A stretch of 54,832 bases of DNA from Patescibacteria group bacterium. Its GTDB lineage: Bacteria; Patescibacteriota; Gracilibacteria; UBA1369. A model generated the notes under the pieces. That model was not told the DNA's origin. It did not search any database and saw only the letters and a list, made by a program, of their open reading frames with translations. This document shows, piece after piece, positions 32,200 through 41,399 of the stretch (position 1 is its first letter; every line of letters starts with the position of its first letter). Both the position numbers and the translations under genes were made by a program. Location of the stretch: assembly GCA_018825335.1 (NCBI GenBank), contig JAHJEW010000052.1, positions 1-54,832 of the forward strand. Reading direction: 5' to 3'.

Positions 32200-33888
32200 A
32201 TGGCCTGGAAAGGTAAGACTTTTTTGCGTGTTCTTCGCGCTTATAATATAGAAGAAAAAGTTGTCAGCCTGGTTTTGGCGGCAGTGGTTATTGTGCTTTT
32301 AGTGCAGAGTGCCGTTGATATTTTCAAGCGGCCTGAATTATTTGCAGGTGAAGGTGGTTATTATACGGAAGGGCTTTTAGATGAGCGTCCGGTGGTTCTA
32401 AATCCTGTTTATACAGACCTGGCGGAGGCAAATCGTGAGATATCCGGTCTGATTTTTAGTGGTTTAACGCGGTATGATCCTATTTTGAAAGCTTTTGTTC
32501 AGGATCTTGCCGATCTTTCTATCAGCGAGGATGGCACAACATATACTTTTACTGTTAAAAACGGGATAAAATGGCATGATGGTGAATCGCTTACGGCTCA
32601 GGATGTTTATTTTACCTATCATGATGTAATTCAGAGCAAGGATTTCCAGAATCCGGTTTTACGTGCCAATTTTGAGGGTGTTGAAATTAAGCTTGTGGAT
32701 GATAGGACGATAGAGTTTGATCTTTCCAAATCCAACTCTTTCTTTATAACCAATCTGAATGTTGGGATTTTGCCGGAGCATCTTTTGAGCGGGATTCCTG
32801 TTGCGGAGCTGCCACAGGCAAATTTCAATGTTCAGCCTGTTGGAACCGGGCCATACATGGTTGATTCTCCGCTGGAAGTGTTTCCTGATGGGCGGCAGAG
32901 GCTGCTTTTGACGTTGAACGACGATTATTACGGGGAAAAACCCAAAATCAAGAATATTCGTTTTCATGTTTATCCGGACGGGGAATCGATGTTGAAAGAG
33001 ATCGGGACTTTGAATATCATTTCCAAGGTGCCAAAAGATGTTTATGAATCGATAAAGGATTCGGAGCGATTTTCTTTCCTGAATTATGAATTACCTCAAT
33101 ATACGGCGGTTTTTCTGAATATGGATTCGACGATTTTAAAGAAGGACAAGGTAAGGATTGCGCTTCAAAAGGCTATAGACAAGGATCAGCTTTTGAAGAT
33201 TTTCTCCGATAAAACGGCCGTGGATACTCCGCTAATGAGTCTGGATCAGACAGAGTGGATATATAAACCGAATCCGGAGGAGGCCAGAGGTGCGCTTTAT
33301 GACAGCGGATACAGGATGAATGAGAATGATGAAAGTGATCCGTACCGTAAAGACACTGAAGGTGAAAATCTAAAATTTGTTTTACTTGTGCGTCAGCTGG
33401 ATGAAAATCCGGCGGCGGCCGCTGAAATTGATAAGACCGTTGATTTTCTGGTTGATGCATGGAAACAGGTTGGCATAGAGGTGGAAGCGCAGTTTGAGAT
33501 TGTGGATACTTTTAACCAGAGAATAAAAGCAAGGGATTATGATCTGCTGTTAACCGGAGAGAGCCTTGGTTATAATTTTGATACTTATGCTTACTGGCAT
33601 TCCGGTCAGGCGGGTGAAAATGGTCTTAATCTTTCAAATTATAAGAGTTTTACCGCGGATAGTCTGATTGAAAAGGTTCGCGGTACTTTTGATAATGACG
33701 AAAAGGACAAGTATTTGCAGGATCTGGCCAAGACTATTGCCACCGATGTGCCGGCTATATTCCTTTACAGGCCAAGTTATATTTTTGCCACGGATAATAA
33801 GGTCAAAGGTATTTCTTTGATGAATCTGGCTTTCTCCGGTGACAGGTTTGCCGGAATTGTAAAATGGTGCATTTTATGTGATTCCTGA
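32200..33888 (+). CDS. ABC-type peptide substrate-binding protein, family 5
   Basis: LIFSGL, DLA, KWHDGESLTAQDVYFT, PVGTGPY, NLSNYKS; N-terminal TM anchor. Confidence 0.88.
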   Translation: MAWKGKTFLRVLRAYNIEEKVVSLVLAAVVIVLLVQSAVDIFKRPELFAGEGGYYTEGLLDERPVVLNPVYTDLAEANREISGLIFSGLTRYDPILKAFVQDLADLSISEDGTTYTFTVKNGIKWHDGESLTAQDVYFTYHDVIQSKDFQNPVLRANFEGVEIKLVDDRTIEFDLSKSNSFFITNLNVGILPEHLLSGIPVAELPQANFNVQPVGTGPYMVDSPLEVFPDGRQRLLLTLNDDYYGEKPKIKNIRFHVYPDGESMLKEIGTLNIISKVPKDVYESIKDSERFSFLNYELPQYTAVFLNMDSTILKKDKVRIALQKAIDKDQLLKIFSDKTAVDTPLMSLDQTEWIYKPNPEEARGALYDSGYRMNENDESDPYRKDTEGENLKFVLLVRQLDENPAAAAEIDKTVDFLVDAWKQVGIEVEAQFEIVDTFNQRIKARDYDLLLTGESLGYNFDTYAYWHSGQAGENGLNLSNYKSFTADSLIEKVRGTFDNDEKDKYLQDLAKTIATDVPAIFLYRPSYIFATDNKVKGISLMNLAFSGDRFAGIVKWCILCDS

Positions 33889-33950
33889 GCTTTACTTTTT
33901 TGCTGTTTTGCTCTATAAAAAGAGGGCTTTAGACTTTAAGAAAGGATTTT

Positions 33951-34400
33951 ATGCAGGTATTATTTTTACAGGATGTTCGTAGTGTGGCACGCAAAGGTGA
34001 GATCAGGCAGGTTAAAGACGGTTATTTTATTAACTTTCTAGCGCCGCGCAAACTGGCGGTTTTGGCCGGTGATTCTATGGTGAAGCATGCAGAAAAGATG
34101 CAGAAGCAGGTTGTGGTTAAAAAGGAGCGTCTTAAAGAAGATGCGCTTTTGATCAAGAAAAAGATGGAAGGTATTACTATTATAATTAAAGCCAAGGCCA
34201 ACGGTGACAAGCTGTATGGATCTATTTCGGAAAAAGATCTTGTGGCTCCTATATTAGAGGCTTCAAAGGTGGAGCTGGAAAAGAGCAATATTATAATGGC
34301 CGAGCATATTAAGACGGTTGGATCGCACAATGTGACGGTCCATCTGGCCAAAGGTATCGAAGCGAATATTACGGTTGAAGTTCAAGGTGCAAAAAAATAA
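33951..34400 (+). CDS. rplI: 50S ribosomal protein L9
   Basis: MQVLFLQDV..KGEIRQVKDGY..NFL, KLYGSI, IKTVG. Confidence 0.95.
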   Translation: MQVLFLQDVRSVARKGEIRQVKDGYFINFLAPRKLAVLAGDSMVKHAEKMQKQVVVKKERLKEDALLIKKKMEGITIIIKAKANGDKLYGSISEKDLVAPILEASKVELEKSNIIMAEHIKTVGSHNVTVHLAKGIEANITVEVQGAKK

Positions 34401-34812
34401 AGGTAAATTATTGGCGATAGATTTTGGCGATAAAAACACTGGACTTGCGGTTACCGATTTATCGAGGACCATGGTTTTCGGCAGGGGTGTTTTAAGAGGG
34501 TACCGCCGTCTGGAAGACCTTTTTGAACAGATTCTGGGTATTTGTCGCGATGAAGAGGTGACAGAAGTGATTTTCGGTGTGCCTGGCGGACGCTTCGGTG
34601 AAGACACTCCGCAGGTTGAAAGGATGCGTGATATTGGTGGCCGGCTGGAAGAGTATCTTGGCGATGTACCGGTGGTTTTTCAGGATGAGTCTTTTAGCTC
34701 GTTTGAGGCGGATGCGGCCAAGATGGACTCCGGTTTGCGTAAAAAATATTCGCAGCATGAGCTGGCGGCCATGGTGATTTTGGAGCGCTATTTACAAAAG
34801 GAGGCATGGTAA
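34387..34812 (+). CDS. ruvX: YqgF/RuvX-family nuclease
   Basis: LLAIDFGDKNTGLAVTD, FGVP, QDESFSS, AAMVILERYL. GTG start at 34387 assumed. Confidence 0.88.
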   Translation: MQKNKGKLLAIDFGDKNTGLAVTDLSRTMVFGRGVLRGYRRLEDLFEQILGICRDEEVTEVIFGVPGGRFGEDTPQVERMRDIGGRLEEYLGDVPVVFQDESFSSFEADAAKMDSGLRKKYSQHELAAMVILERYLQKEAW

Positions 34813-34825
34813 ATATACTTTCGTT

Positions 34826-37507
34826 ATGAGTCTTTTTTCGATTTTCATTAATGTTTTGCTGCTTGTCGTGGGTACTGTGGCAGTGCTTACGGCTCTTGAG
34901 TTGTTTGTGCGTCTTCAGCAAAAGAGACGTTTAATGAGGGATGAATATACCACTTTGATGATCCGGGTGGCGAAAGAAAACGAGGCGGGACCTATTGTTG
35001 CGGAGCAGATTTTTTCCACGATTCATGGAGTAACGCGCGATATCGGTTTTTGGGATCGCTTGAGGGGGGACACACAGGACAGGATTAGTTTTGAAATTGC
35101 CAGTGTGGAAAGAAGTATCAGGTTTTATGCGCATTTTCCTTCCCGTCTAAGGAATCTGGTGGAGGGTCAGATTTACGCTCAGTATCCGAACGTGGAAATC
35201 AGCGAGGTCGAGGATTATTCGTGCCCGTCTGGCGTGGAAGTGAGTGAAAGCGAGGCTGTAAAAACCGAAGGCAGAGAATTAAAGGCACTGGTGAATATTG
35301 AAAAAGCGATCAAGAAGTCGGAGGAAAAACGTTTTACTCCGGTTGAGGATTTTAAAAATGCTATCGGTATTGAGCTGGAGCTTAGTAATCCGGATATTTT
35401 TCCAATCAAGAGGTATCCGCAGTTTGAAGACAAGAAAGCTAAATTCTCTTTGGATCCTTTGTCCGCCATAACTTCAACTTTAGCCAAGTTTAACGATCCT
35501 GACGAGCAGGCATGGATTCAGGTGGTTTTCCGTCCTCTTGAGGATAAGTGGAGGACAATTTTCATTAAGTGCATACGAATTTTGAATAAAGGTATTTATC
35601 TGAACATTGCCAAGCTGCAGACTCTTTATGCGCGTGCGTACACAACCAGAAGCAGGATTTTGCGCATTGTATTTTTTCCGGTTTACTGGATTTTTGCGCT
35701 TCAGGGTCTAAAGTCGGGCGTGGTGAATGAGACAGATACCGGTGATTCATCTGTAACAGTGGATGAGGAGGTTTCGCGAACACATGACAGAGAATCAACG
35801 ATTTCGGGTGCTATGGATAAAGTCAGTAAATTACTTTATGAAACCAATGTTCGTATTGTTTATTTGCCCAAACACGCGAATAAAGAGGTTGCGCTTGTAA
35901 AGCTGCGCGAGATTGCGGGTTCTTTCAAGCAGTTCAGTATTCCGCAGGTGAACGGTTTTGTGATAGGGGAGACTTTGTATGGAAAAGATATTGTGGAGCG
36001 CTATAACCGGCGTGAACTGCGTAAGTCGTTTGTTCTGAGTGTGGAGGAAATTGCGACTGTTTATCATATGCCAAACCTGACGGTTACAACTCCCAACATA
36101 TATTGGGTGCGGTCCAGGCGCGTTGAACCACCTGGAGATTTGCCGACCCCGGGCAATACGGGCGCGGAAGATCTTACTGTTCTTGGTAAAACCAATTTTC
36201 GCGGTGCAGGATACACTTTTGGTATTAAGACTCTCGATCGTCGCAGGCATATATATATTATCGGTAAAACCGGCATGGGTAAGTCGACTTTGCTGGAGAA
36301 TATGATTTTTGCCGATATTCAGGCCGGAAAGGGCGTTGCGGTTGTGGATCCTCACGGGGATCTTGCAGATGCCGTTTTGAATTTTGTGCCATCGAACCGG
36401 ACTAATGACGTCGTTGTGTTTGACCCATCGGACAGGGATTTTCCCGTGGCGTTTAATATGCTGGAGAATATTGATCCTTCATTAAACAGTATTGTTTGCA
36501 GCGGGCTTGTGGGTATTTTTAAGAAAATTTACGGTGAAAGCTGGGGGCCGCGTCTGGAGCATATTTTGCGGAATACGATCTTATCTCTTCTTGAGTATCA
36601 AAATGCAACGATGCTTGGAATTCCGCGGGTTTTGCAGGATAAGCAGTTTCGCGGCAGGGTTGTGCGTAAGATCAATGATCCGATTGTAAAAAGTTTTTGG
36701 GAAAATGAGTTTGAAAAGATGGAGCCGCGTCAGCGTATTGAAGCTATTTCGCCGATTTTAAACAAGGTCGGGCAATTTTTATCTTCACCGATAATCAGAA
36801 ATATTCTTGGGCAGCCAAAGAGTGCTATAGATCTTAGATTTGCAATGGATAAGGGTAAAATTGTGATTGTGAATTTGTCCAAAGGTAAGATTGGAGAAGA
36901 TACATCTTCGCTTTTGGGTGCGATGATGATTACGAAGTTTCAGCTGGATGCCATGAGCCGGGCAAATATTCCTGAAAAGGAACGAAAAGATTTCTATTTA
37001 TATGTTGATGAGTTTCAGAATTTCGCCACTGACAGTTTTGCCACAATTTTGTCCGAGGCCCGTAAATACCGCCTTAATCTGACCATGGCGAACCAGTATA
37101 TCGCGCAGATGCCTGAAGAGGTTCGTGACGCTGTTTTTGGTAATGTGGGTACGATTGTTTCTTTCCAGGTTGGATTTGATGATGCCGAATATTTGTCCGG
37201 TCAGTTTGGAGAGGAGGTTTTGCCTAACGATCTGGTTTCTTTAAGCAAGTATACGGCTTACAGCCGTTTGCTAATTGACGGCATGCCATCCAAAACTTTT
37301 TCTATGGATTCATTGCCGCCACCGGATCTGGAGCCGGAAGAGGGTCGGCGTGAAAAGGTGATCCGTCTGGCAAGAGAAAGATACGCAACGGAGCGCGCAA
37401 TTGTTGAGGACAAAATTCGCAGGTGGAGTGAAAGCGGAAATCGCGAGGAACTTCCGGAGGGCGGCAGGAAACTGCCTGGTGGCAAAAAGCCTACTTCTCC
37501 AAAATAA
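34826..37507 (+). CDS. VirD4/TraD-like type IV secretion coupling ATPase (HerA/FtsK superfamily)
   Basis: N-terminal TM; DRRRHIYIIGKTGMGKST (Walker A); DPHGD; LYVDEFQNF (Walker B); SEARKYRL. Confidence 0.88.
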   Translation: MSLFSIFINVLLLVVGTVAVLTALELFVRLQQKRRLMRDEYTTLMIRVAKENEAGPIVAEQIFSTIHGVTRDIGFWDRLRGDTQDRISFEIASVERSIRFYAHFPSRLRNLVEGQIYAQYPNVEISEVEDYSCPSGVEVSESEAVKTEGRELKALVNIEKAIKKSEEKRFTPVEDFKNAIGIELELSNPDIFPIKRYPQFEDKKAKFSLDPLSAITSTLAKFNDPDEQAWIQVVFRPLEDKWRTIFIKCIRILNKGIYLNIAKLQTLYARAYTTRSRILRIVFFPVYWIFALQGLKSGVVNETDTGDSSVTVDEEVSRTHDRESTISGAMDKVSKLLYETNVRIVYLPKHANKEVALVKLREIAGSFKQFSIPQVNGFVIGETLYGKDIVERYNRRELRKSFVLSVEEIATVYHMPNLTVTTPNIYWVRSRRVEPPGDLPTPGNTGAEDLTVLGKTNFRGAGYTFGIKTLDRRRHIYIIGKTGMGKSTLLENMIFADIQAGKGVAVVDPHGDLADAVLNFVPSNRTNDVVVFDPSDRDFPVAFNMLENIDPSLNSIVCSGLVGIFKKIYGESWGPRLEHILRNTILSLLEYQNATMLGIPRVLQDKQFRGRVVRKINDPIVKSFWENEFEKMEPRQRIEAISPILNKVGQFLSSPIIRNILGQPKSAIDLRFAMDKGKIVIVNLSKGKIGEDTSSLLGAMMITKFQLDAMSRANIPEKERKDFYLYVDEFQNFATDSFATILSEARKYRLNLTMANQYIAQMPEEVRDAVFGNVGTIVSFQVGFDDAEYLSGQFGEEVLPNDLVSLSKYTAYSRLLIDGMPSKTFSMDSLPPPDLEPEEGRREKVIRLARERYATERAIVEDKIRRWSESGNREELPEGGRKLPGGKKPTSPK

Positions 37508-38687
37508 TTTCTATACCGGGAAGCATTGTGCCTTCCAGGAATTCGAGCATTGCGCCGCCACCCGTTGAAACGTGGGTGTATTTGTTCAGGTCGATTCCAA
37601 AATTGTTTATGGCGTCAATTGTGTCGCCCCCGCCTATTATTGATTTGGCGCCCGAAATTGTTGTTGCTTTGGCAACGGCTACTGCTATATGCCTTGTTCC
37701 GCGGCTGAATTTTTCTTTCTCAAAAAGGCCAACGGGGCCGTTCCAGATGATTGTTCCGGACTTTGCAATAATCTCTTCAAACGCGGTGATGGTGTTTCTG
37801 CCAATATCAAGAATTTTCATGCTTCCTTCAACGTCTTCAACCGGGATATCGAGAGTTTCCGCTGTGTCTTCTATTTCATCAGCAACTACAGCGTCCGTGG
37901 GTAGATGGAAATTATTGTGTATCGCTTCAGCGTCGAGCATAATTTCGCGGGCGGTTTCCAGTTGATCCGGTTCGTAAAGCGATTCCGCCACGTTGAATCC
38001 TTTTGCGGCCAGAAAAGTGTTGGCAAGGCCTCCTCCAACCAGAAAGTGATCAGCTTTACCCAGGAAATTCTTCATGACACCGATTTTTGTTTCGATTTTG
38101 GAGCCTCCCATTATAACTACAAAAGGTTTTGCCGTGTCCTGCATAAGCTCTGAAAGAGTGTTAACCTCTTTTTCCACAAGAAATCCGGCGTAGGCCGGTA
38201 TGTGCTCCGCTATGCCGTATGTGGATGCGTGCTTTCTGTGCGCTGTGCCGAACGAATCGATTACAAACAGGTCTCCAAGCGCGGCCAGCTTCTTTGAAAA
38301 TTCTTTGTCACAGCTTTCTTCCTCTGCATGAAAGCGAGTGTTTTCGAGTAGGATTATTTCGCCCGCTTGCATGCTTTTTACGGCCTGCTCAACTTCTGGG
38401 CCGATACAATCGGCAAGTTTTTTTACGGGTTTGTTAATCAGTTCCGACAATTTTTCAGCTAAGGGATCAAGTTTTAACTCATCCACTATTTTGCCGTCGG
38501 GACGGCCAAGATGGGTCATTAAAATTACTTTGGCCCCCTTTTCCAGTAAATAATTGATGGTGGGGAGAGTGGCGGTTATCCTTGTATCGTCGGCGACTTT
38601 GCCATTTTCCAGAGGGACGTTGAAATCAACGCGGACCAATACTCTTTTGTCCTTTAAGTCCGCGGTTTTTACAGATTTAATTTTCAT
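37491..38687 (-). CDS. pgk: Phosphoglycerate kinase
   Basis: RVLVRVDFNVP, THLGRP, LLENTRF, WNGPVG, HVSTGGGAMLEFLEG. Confidence 0.98.
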   Translation of the reverse strand: MKIKSVKTADLKDKRVLVRVDFNVPLENGKVADDTRITATLPTINYLLEKGAKVILMTHLGRPDGKIVDELKLDPLAEKLSELINKPVKKLADCIGPEVEQAVKSMQAGEIILLENTRFHAEEESCDKEFSKKLAALGDLFVIDSFGTAHRKHASTYGIAEHIPAYAGFLVEKEVNTLSELMQDTAKPFVVIMGGSKIETKIGVMKNFLGKADHFLVGGGLANTFLAAKGFNVAESLYEPDQLETAREIMLDAEAIHNNFHLPTDAVVADEIEDTAETLDIPVEDVEGSMKILDIGRNTITAFEEIIAKSGTIIWNGPVGLFEKEKFSRGTRHIAVAVAKATTISGAKSIIGGGDTIDAINNFGIDLNKYTHVSTGGGAMLEFLEGTMLPGIEIILEK

Positions 38688-38712
38688 GATTGCAGTTAAT
38701 AGATTACTGCAA

Positions 38713-39186
38713 CTATTCTACGTCTTTTTTATTTTGACGCAATTCCTTCATGAGAAGAGCCATTTCAATGGCTGAGTGAGCGTAATCCGTGCCGCGATCG
38801 CATCTTTGAAGAGCCTGATCTGGCGTGAATGCCGTTATCACTCCAAAAATAATGGGGGTTCTAGTTTTGAGGCTGGTGTCCAAAATGCCCGCGTGTGAAT
38901 TTTCGCAGACAAGTTCAAAGTGGTATGTTTCGCCTTTAATGACGACGCCAAGCGCAATAATAGCGTCATAGTGATTTTTTCCGGCGACTTCCTGCGCGGC
39001 AAGCGGAATTTCAAGAGCGCCCGGGACGCGAACAACTTCCACTTTGTCGACACTGCATTCTTTTAAGGTTTTGATTGTGTTTTCAAAAAGCCGGTCACCG
39101 ATGGAATCGTTAAATCTGCTCAAAATAATGGCTATTTTGAGTCCTTTGCCGTTTAAATTTTCGGGTTTGCTTGATTTGATTTTCAT
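38713..39186 (-). CDS. ribH: 6,7-dimethyl-8-ribityllumazine synthase
   Basis: SRFN, VPGALEIP, LGVVIKGETYHFELV, PIIFGVIT. Confidence 0.95.
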   Translation of the reverse strand: MKIKSSKPENLNGKGLKIAIILSRFNDSIGDRLFENTIKTLKECSVDKVEVVRVPGALEIPLAAQEVAGKNHYDAIIALGVVIKGETYHFELVCENSHAGILDTSLKTRTPIIFGVITAFTPDQALQRCDRGTDYAHSAIEMALLMKELRQNKKDVE

Positions 39187-39201
39187 TGGGCTGAAGTTAA
39201 T

Positions 39202-39825
39202 TTATAGAAATCCACGATCTTTAAGGAAATCGTATGATACTTCTTTTTCTTTGCCGGACAGCAGAGAGTCAAGATATCGGGCAATAAGGTCGATTTCAAT
39301 ATTAACAGGATCTTCTTTTTTTAACAGTCCCAGATTGGTTTTTTCAAGTGTCGTGGGGATGAGGGAAACTCCGAATGTTTCTTTATCCAGATGGCTTATG
39401 GTCAGGCTGACGCCGTTTATGGCCACCGATCCTTTTAATGCAAAGTATTTTCGCATTTCGGGAGGGACGGTAATGATGAGCAGGTTGTTTTCAGTCGAGG
39501 AGACTTCGGCGCAGAAATCTATGTGCCCGCTGACGAAATGTCCATCCAGGCCATCGCCTATTTTAAGCGGAGTTTCAAGGTTTACGCCGGTGCCAGGCTT
39601 GTAGCTTTTTATGTTTGTTTTGTTGATCGTTTCCGGAATAGCCTCAACTGTGAAAATGTTCTGACCGGGAGATGTTATGGTAAGGCATGCGCCGTCTACG
39701 GCTATGGAATCGCCTTTTTTTTTATTCCGGGCCAGGGAAGATTCTATTTTGAGCTCGATGATTCCGTTTTCTTTTTGAGTGATTTCGGAGATGGTTGCGA
39801 TTTCCCGGATGATTCCTGTAAACAT
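39202..39825 (-). CDS. ribE: Riboflavin synthase (alpha chain)
   Basis: MFTGII start, GDSIAVDGACLT, GHFVSGHID, KGSVAINGVSLT, VNIEIDLIARY. Confidence 0.96.
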   Translation of the reverse strand: MFTGIIREIATISEITQKENGIIELKIESSLARNKKKGDSIAVDGACLTITSPGQNIFTVEAIPETINKTNIKSYKPGTGVNLETPLKIGDGLDGHFVSGHIDFCAEVSSTENNLLIITVPPEMRKYFALKGSVAINGVSLTISHLDKETFGVSLIPTTLEKTNLGLLKKEDPVNIEIDLIARYLDSLLSGKEKEVSYDFLKDRGFL

Positions 39826-39950
39826 ATTGGCTTTTAAATGGTCTTTATTCTCGATTAATAAGAGGAAAATGTCAATTTATGATTTTTTTATCCGGCGTTA
39901 ATATCCGGCTGCTACAGTTGAAACACTTTGTATTTTTTAACCATTATATT

Positions 39951-40340
39951 ATGCGAAGTGTAAATAAAGTTATCATCGTCGGGCACCTGGCGGCCGATCC
40001 GGAGATGAAACAAACCGGAAAGGGTGTTACTGTCACCGATTTTAGTGTGGCGACCAACCGTGACTGGAAAACGACCGAGGGTGAATCGCGTCATGCCACC
40101 GACTATCATAGAGTGGTGGCTTGGAGGAATCTGGGCGAAATTTGTGGCAAGTATCTTAAAAAAGGTACCGGTATTTATATGGAAGGCAGGCTTATGAATC
40201 GAAAATATACTAATAAGCAGGGTCTGGATCGCTACATAACGGAAATTGTGGCCGATATGGTTAATTTTGTTTCTTTCAAGAAGACTGGCGGGGTGGAGGA
40301 AATGAATCTGGTTGAGGTGGAAAGTGCCCAGGCTGCGTAG
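39951..40340 (+). CDS. ssb: Single-stranded DNA-binding protein (short form)
   Basis: MRSVNKVIIVGHLAADPE, FSVATNR, YLKKG..IYMEGRL. Start moved to ATG 39951. Confidence 0.93.
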   Translation: MRSVNKVIIVGHLAADPEMKQTGKGVTVTDFSVATNRDWKTTEGESRHATDYHRVVAWRNLGEICGKYLKKGTGIYMEGRLMNRKYTNKQGLDRYITEIVADMVNFVSFKKTGGVEEMNLVEVESAQAA

Positions 40341-40344
40341 TATT

Positions 40345-40396
40345 AAAGGAGGCTGATCTGGCGGCTAAATGCCATTGCCAAAAGCCTCCTTTTTTT
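40345..40396 (+). terminator. Intrinsic terminator after ssb
   Basis: AAAGGAGGCT/AGCCTCCTTT stem with a large structured loop, followed by a T run. Confidence 0.6.
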
Positions 40397-40441
40397 ATGC
40401 AGGTTTTCCTTTGGAATGTTTTCCGCTAAACTGCTTTCGCT

Positions 40442-41374
40442 ATGCTACTTTCTGTTGTTATCCCAACTTATAACCGGTCGAGTATTCTAAAAGAGTGCCT
40501 TATGGCGCTGGCGGCACAGGATTTGCCTGCTAAAGATTTTGAAGTGATCGTTGTGGATGACGGCAGCCGGGACCAAACGAGAAAAGTGCTGGAAGCTTTC
40601 ACGGCAAAGCATAAGAATTTTCATTTTTTTTCGCAGGAAAATCAGGGGCAGGGGATAGCGCGTAATTTCGGGATTAAAAAGGCAAAGGGCAATATTATTG
40701 TATTGATTGGCGACGATATTATTGTGAAGAAAATTTTTTTATCGCAGCATTTGAGGCTGCATCTGCGGTACGCGGGGGAGAATGAAGCGGTTTTGGGGCT
40801 TACCCTGTGGCATCCGCGTCTTGAAGTGACCCCTTTTATGAAATGGATGACAAACGGTTCCAGTGTGCTTGGTCGATTTGGCGGGCATCAGTTTGCGTAT
40901 GAAAAACTCAGGAACAAAAAACGGGCGGACTATAACTTTTTTTATACGTCGAATATTTCATTGAAGAGATCTTTATTGAAAAAATTTCCTTTTGACCCGG
41001 CTTTTTCTGGTTATGGATGGGAAGATATTGAGCTGGGTTATCGTCTACATAAAGAGGCCGGGCTGAAAATTTATTACAATCCGTCAGCGACAGGTCTGCA
41101 TTATCATAAGATGACTGAGGATGGATTGGCTCCAAGAATGCGCAGTATCGGACGGGCGGCTTGGATCATCCAAAAAAAATATCCCGAACTTAAAAAGGTA
41201 CCTTCTATTGCTAAGCGATTTATTTTCAGAATTATCTCAAATCCGCTATCACTTGCCGTTTTAAAGTTGATTCGCAATATGACGCAGGGGCGGGTTGCGG
41301 GTCTATATTATTACGCTCTTTCAAAAAAGTACTTTCTGGAAGGACTTAATAAGAGGAGAATGTCTTCACATTAG
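40442..41374 (+). CDS. GT2-family glycosyltransferase
   Basis: LSVVIPTYNR, VVDDGSRD, ARNFG, IGDD, YGWEDIELGYRL. Confidence 0.92.
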   Translation: MLLSVVIPTYNRSSILKECLMALAAQDLPAKDFEVIVVDDGSRDQTRKVLEAFTAKHKNFHFFSQENQGQGIARNFGIKKAKGNIIVLIGDDIIVKKIFLSQHLRLHLRYAGENEAVLGLTLWHPRLEVTPFMKWMTNGSSVLGRFGGHQFAYEKLRNKKRADYNFFYTSNISLKRSLLKKFPFDPAFSGYGWEDIELGYRLHKEAGLKIYYNPSATGLHYHKMTEDGLAPRMRSIGRAAWIIQKKYPELKKVPSIAKRFIFRIISNPLSLAVLKLIRNMTQGRVAGLYYYALSKKYFLEGLNKRRMSSH

Positions 41375-41399
41375 GCGGTCCATATTTTATACTGCGTTT

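Noticed and set aside
39826..39950. FMN riboswitch upstream of ribE; purine riboswitch between purA and purC
   Set aside because: The intergenic regions are short divergent promoter regions without the conserved aptamer motifs.
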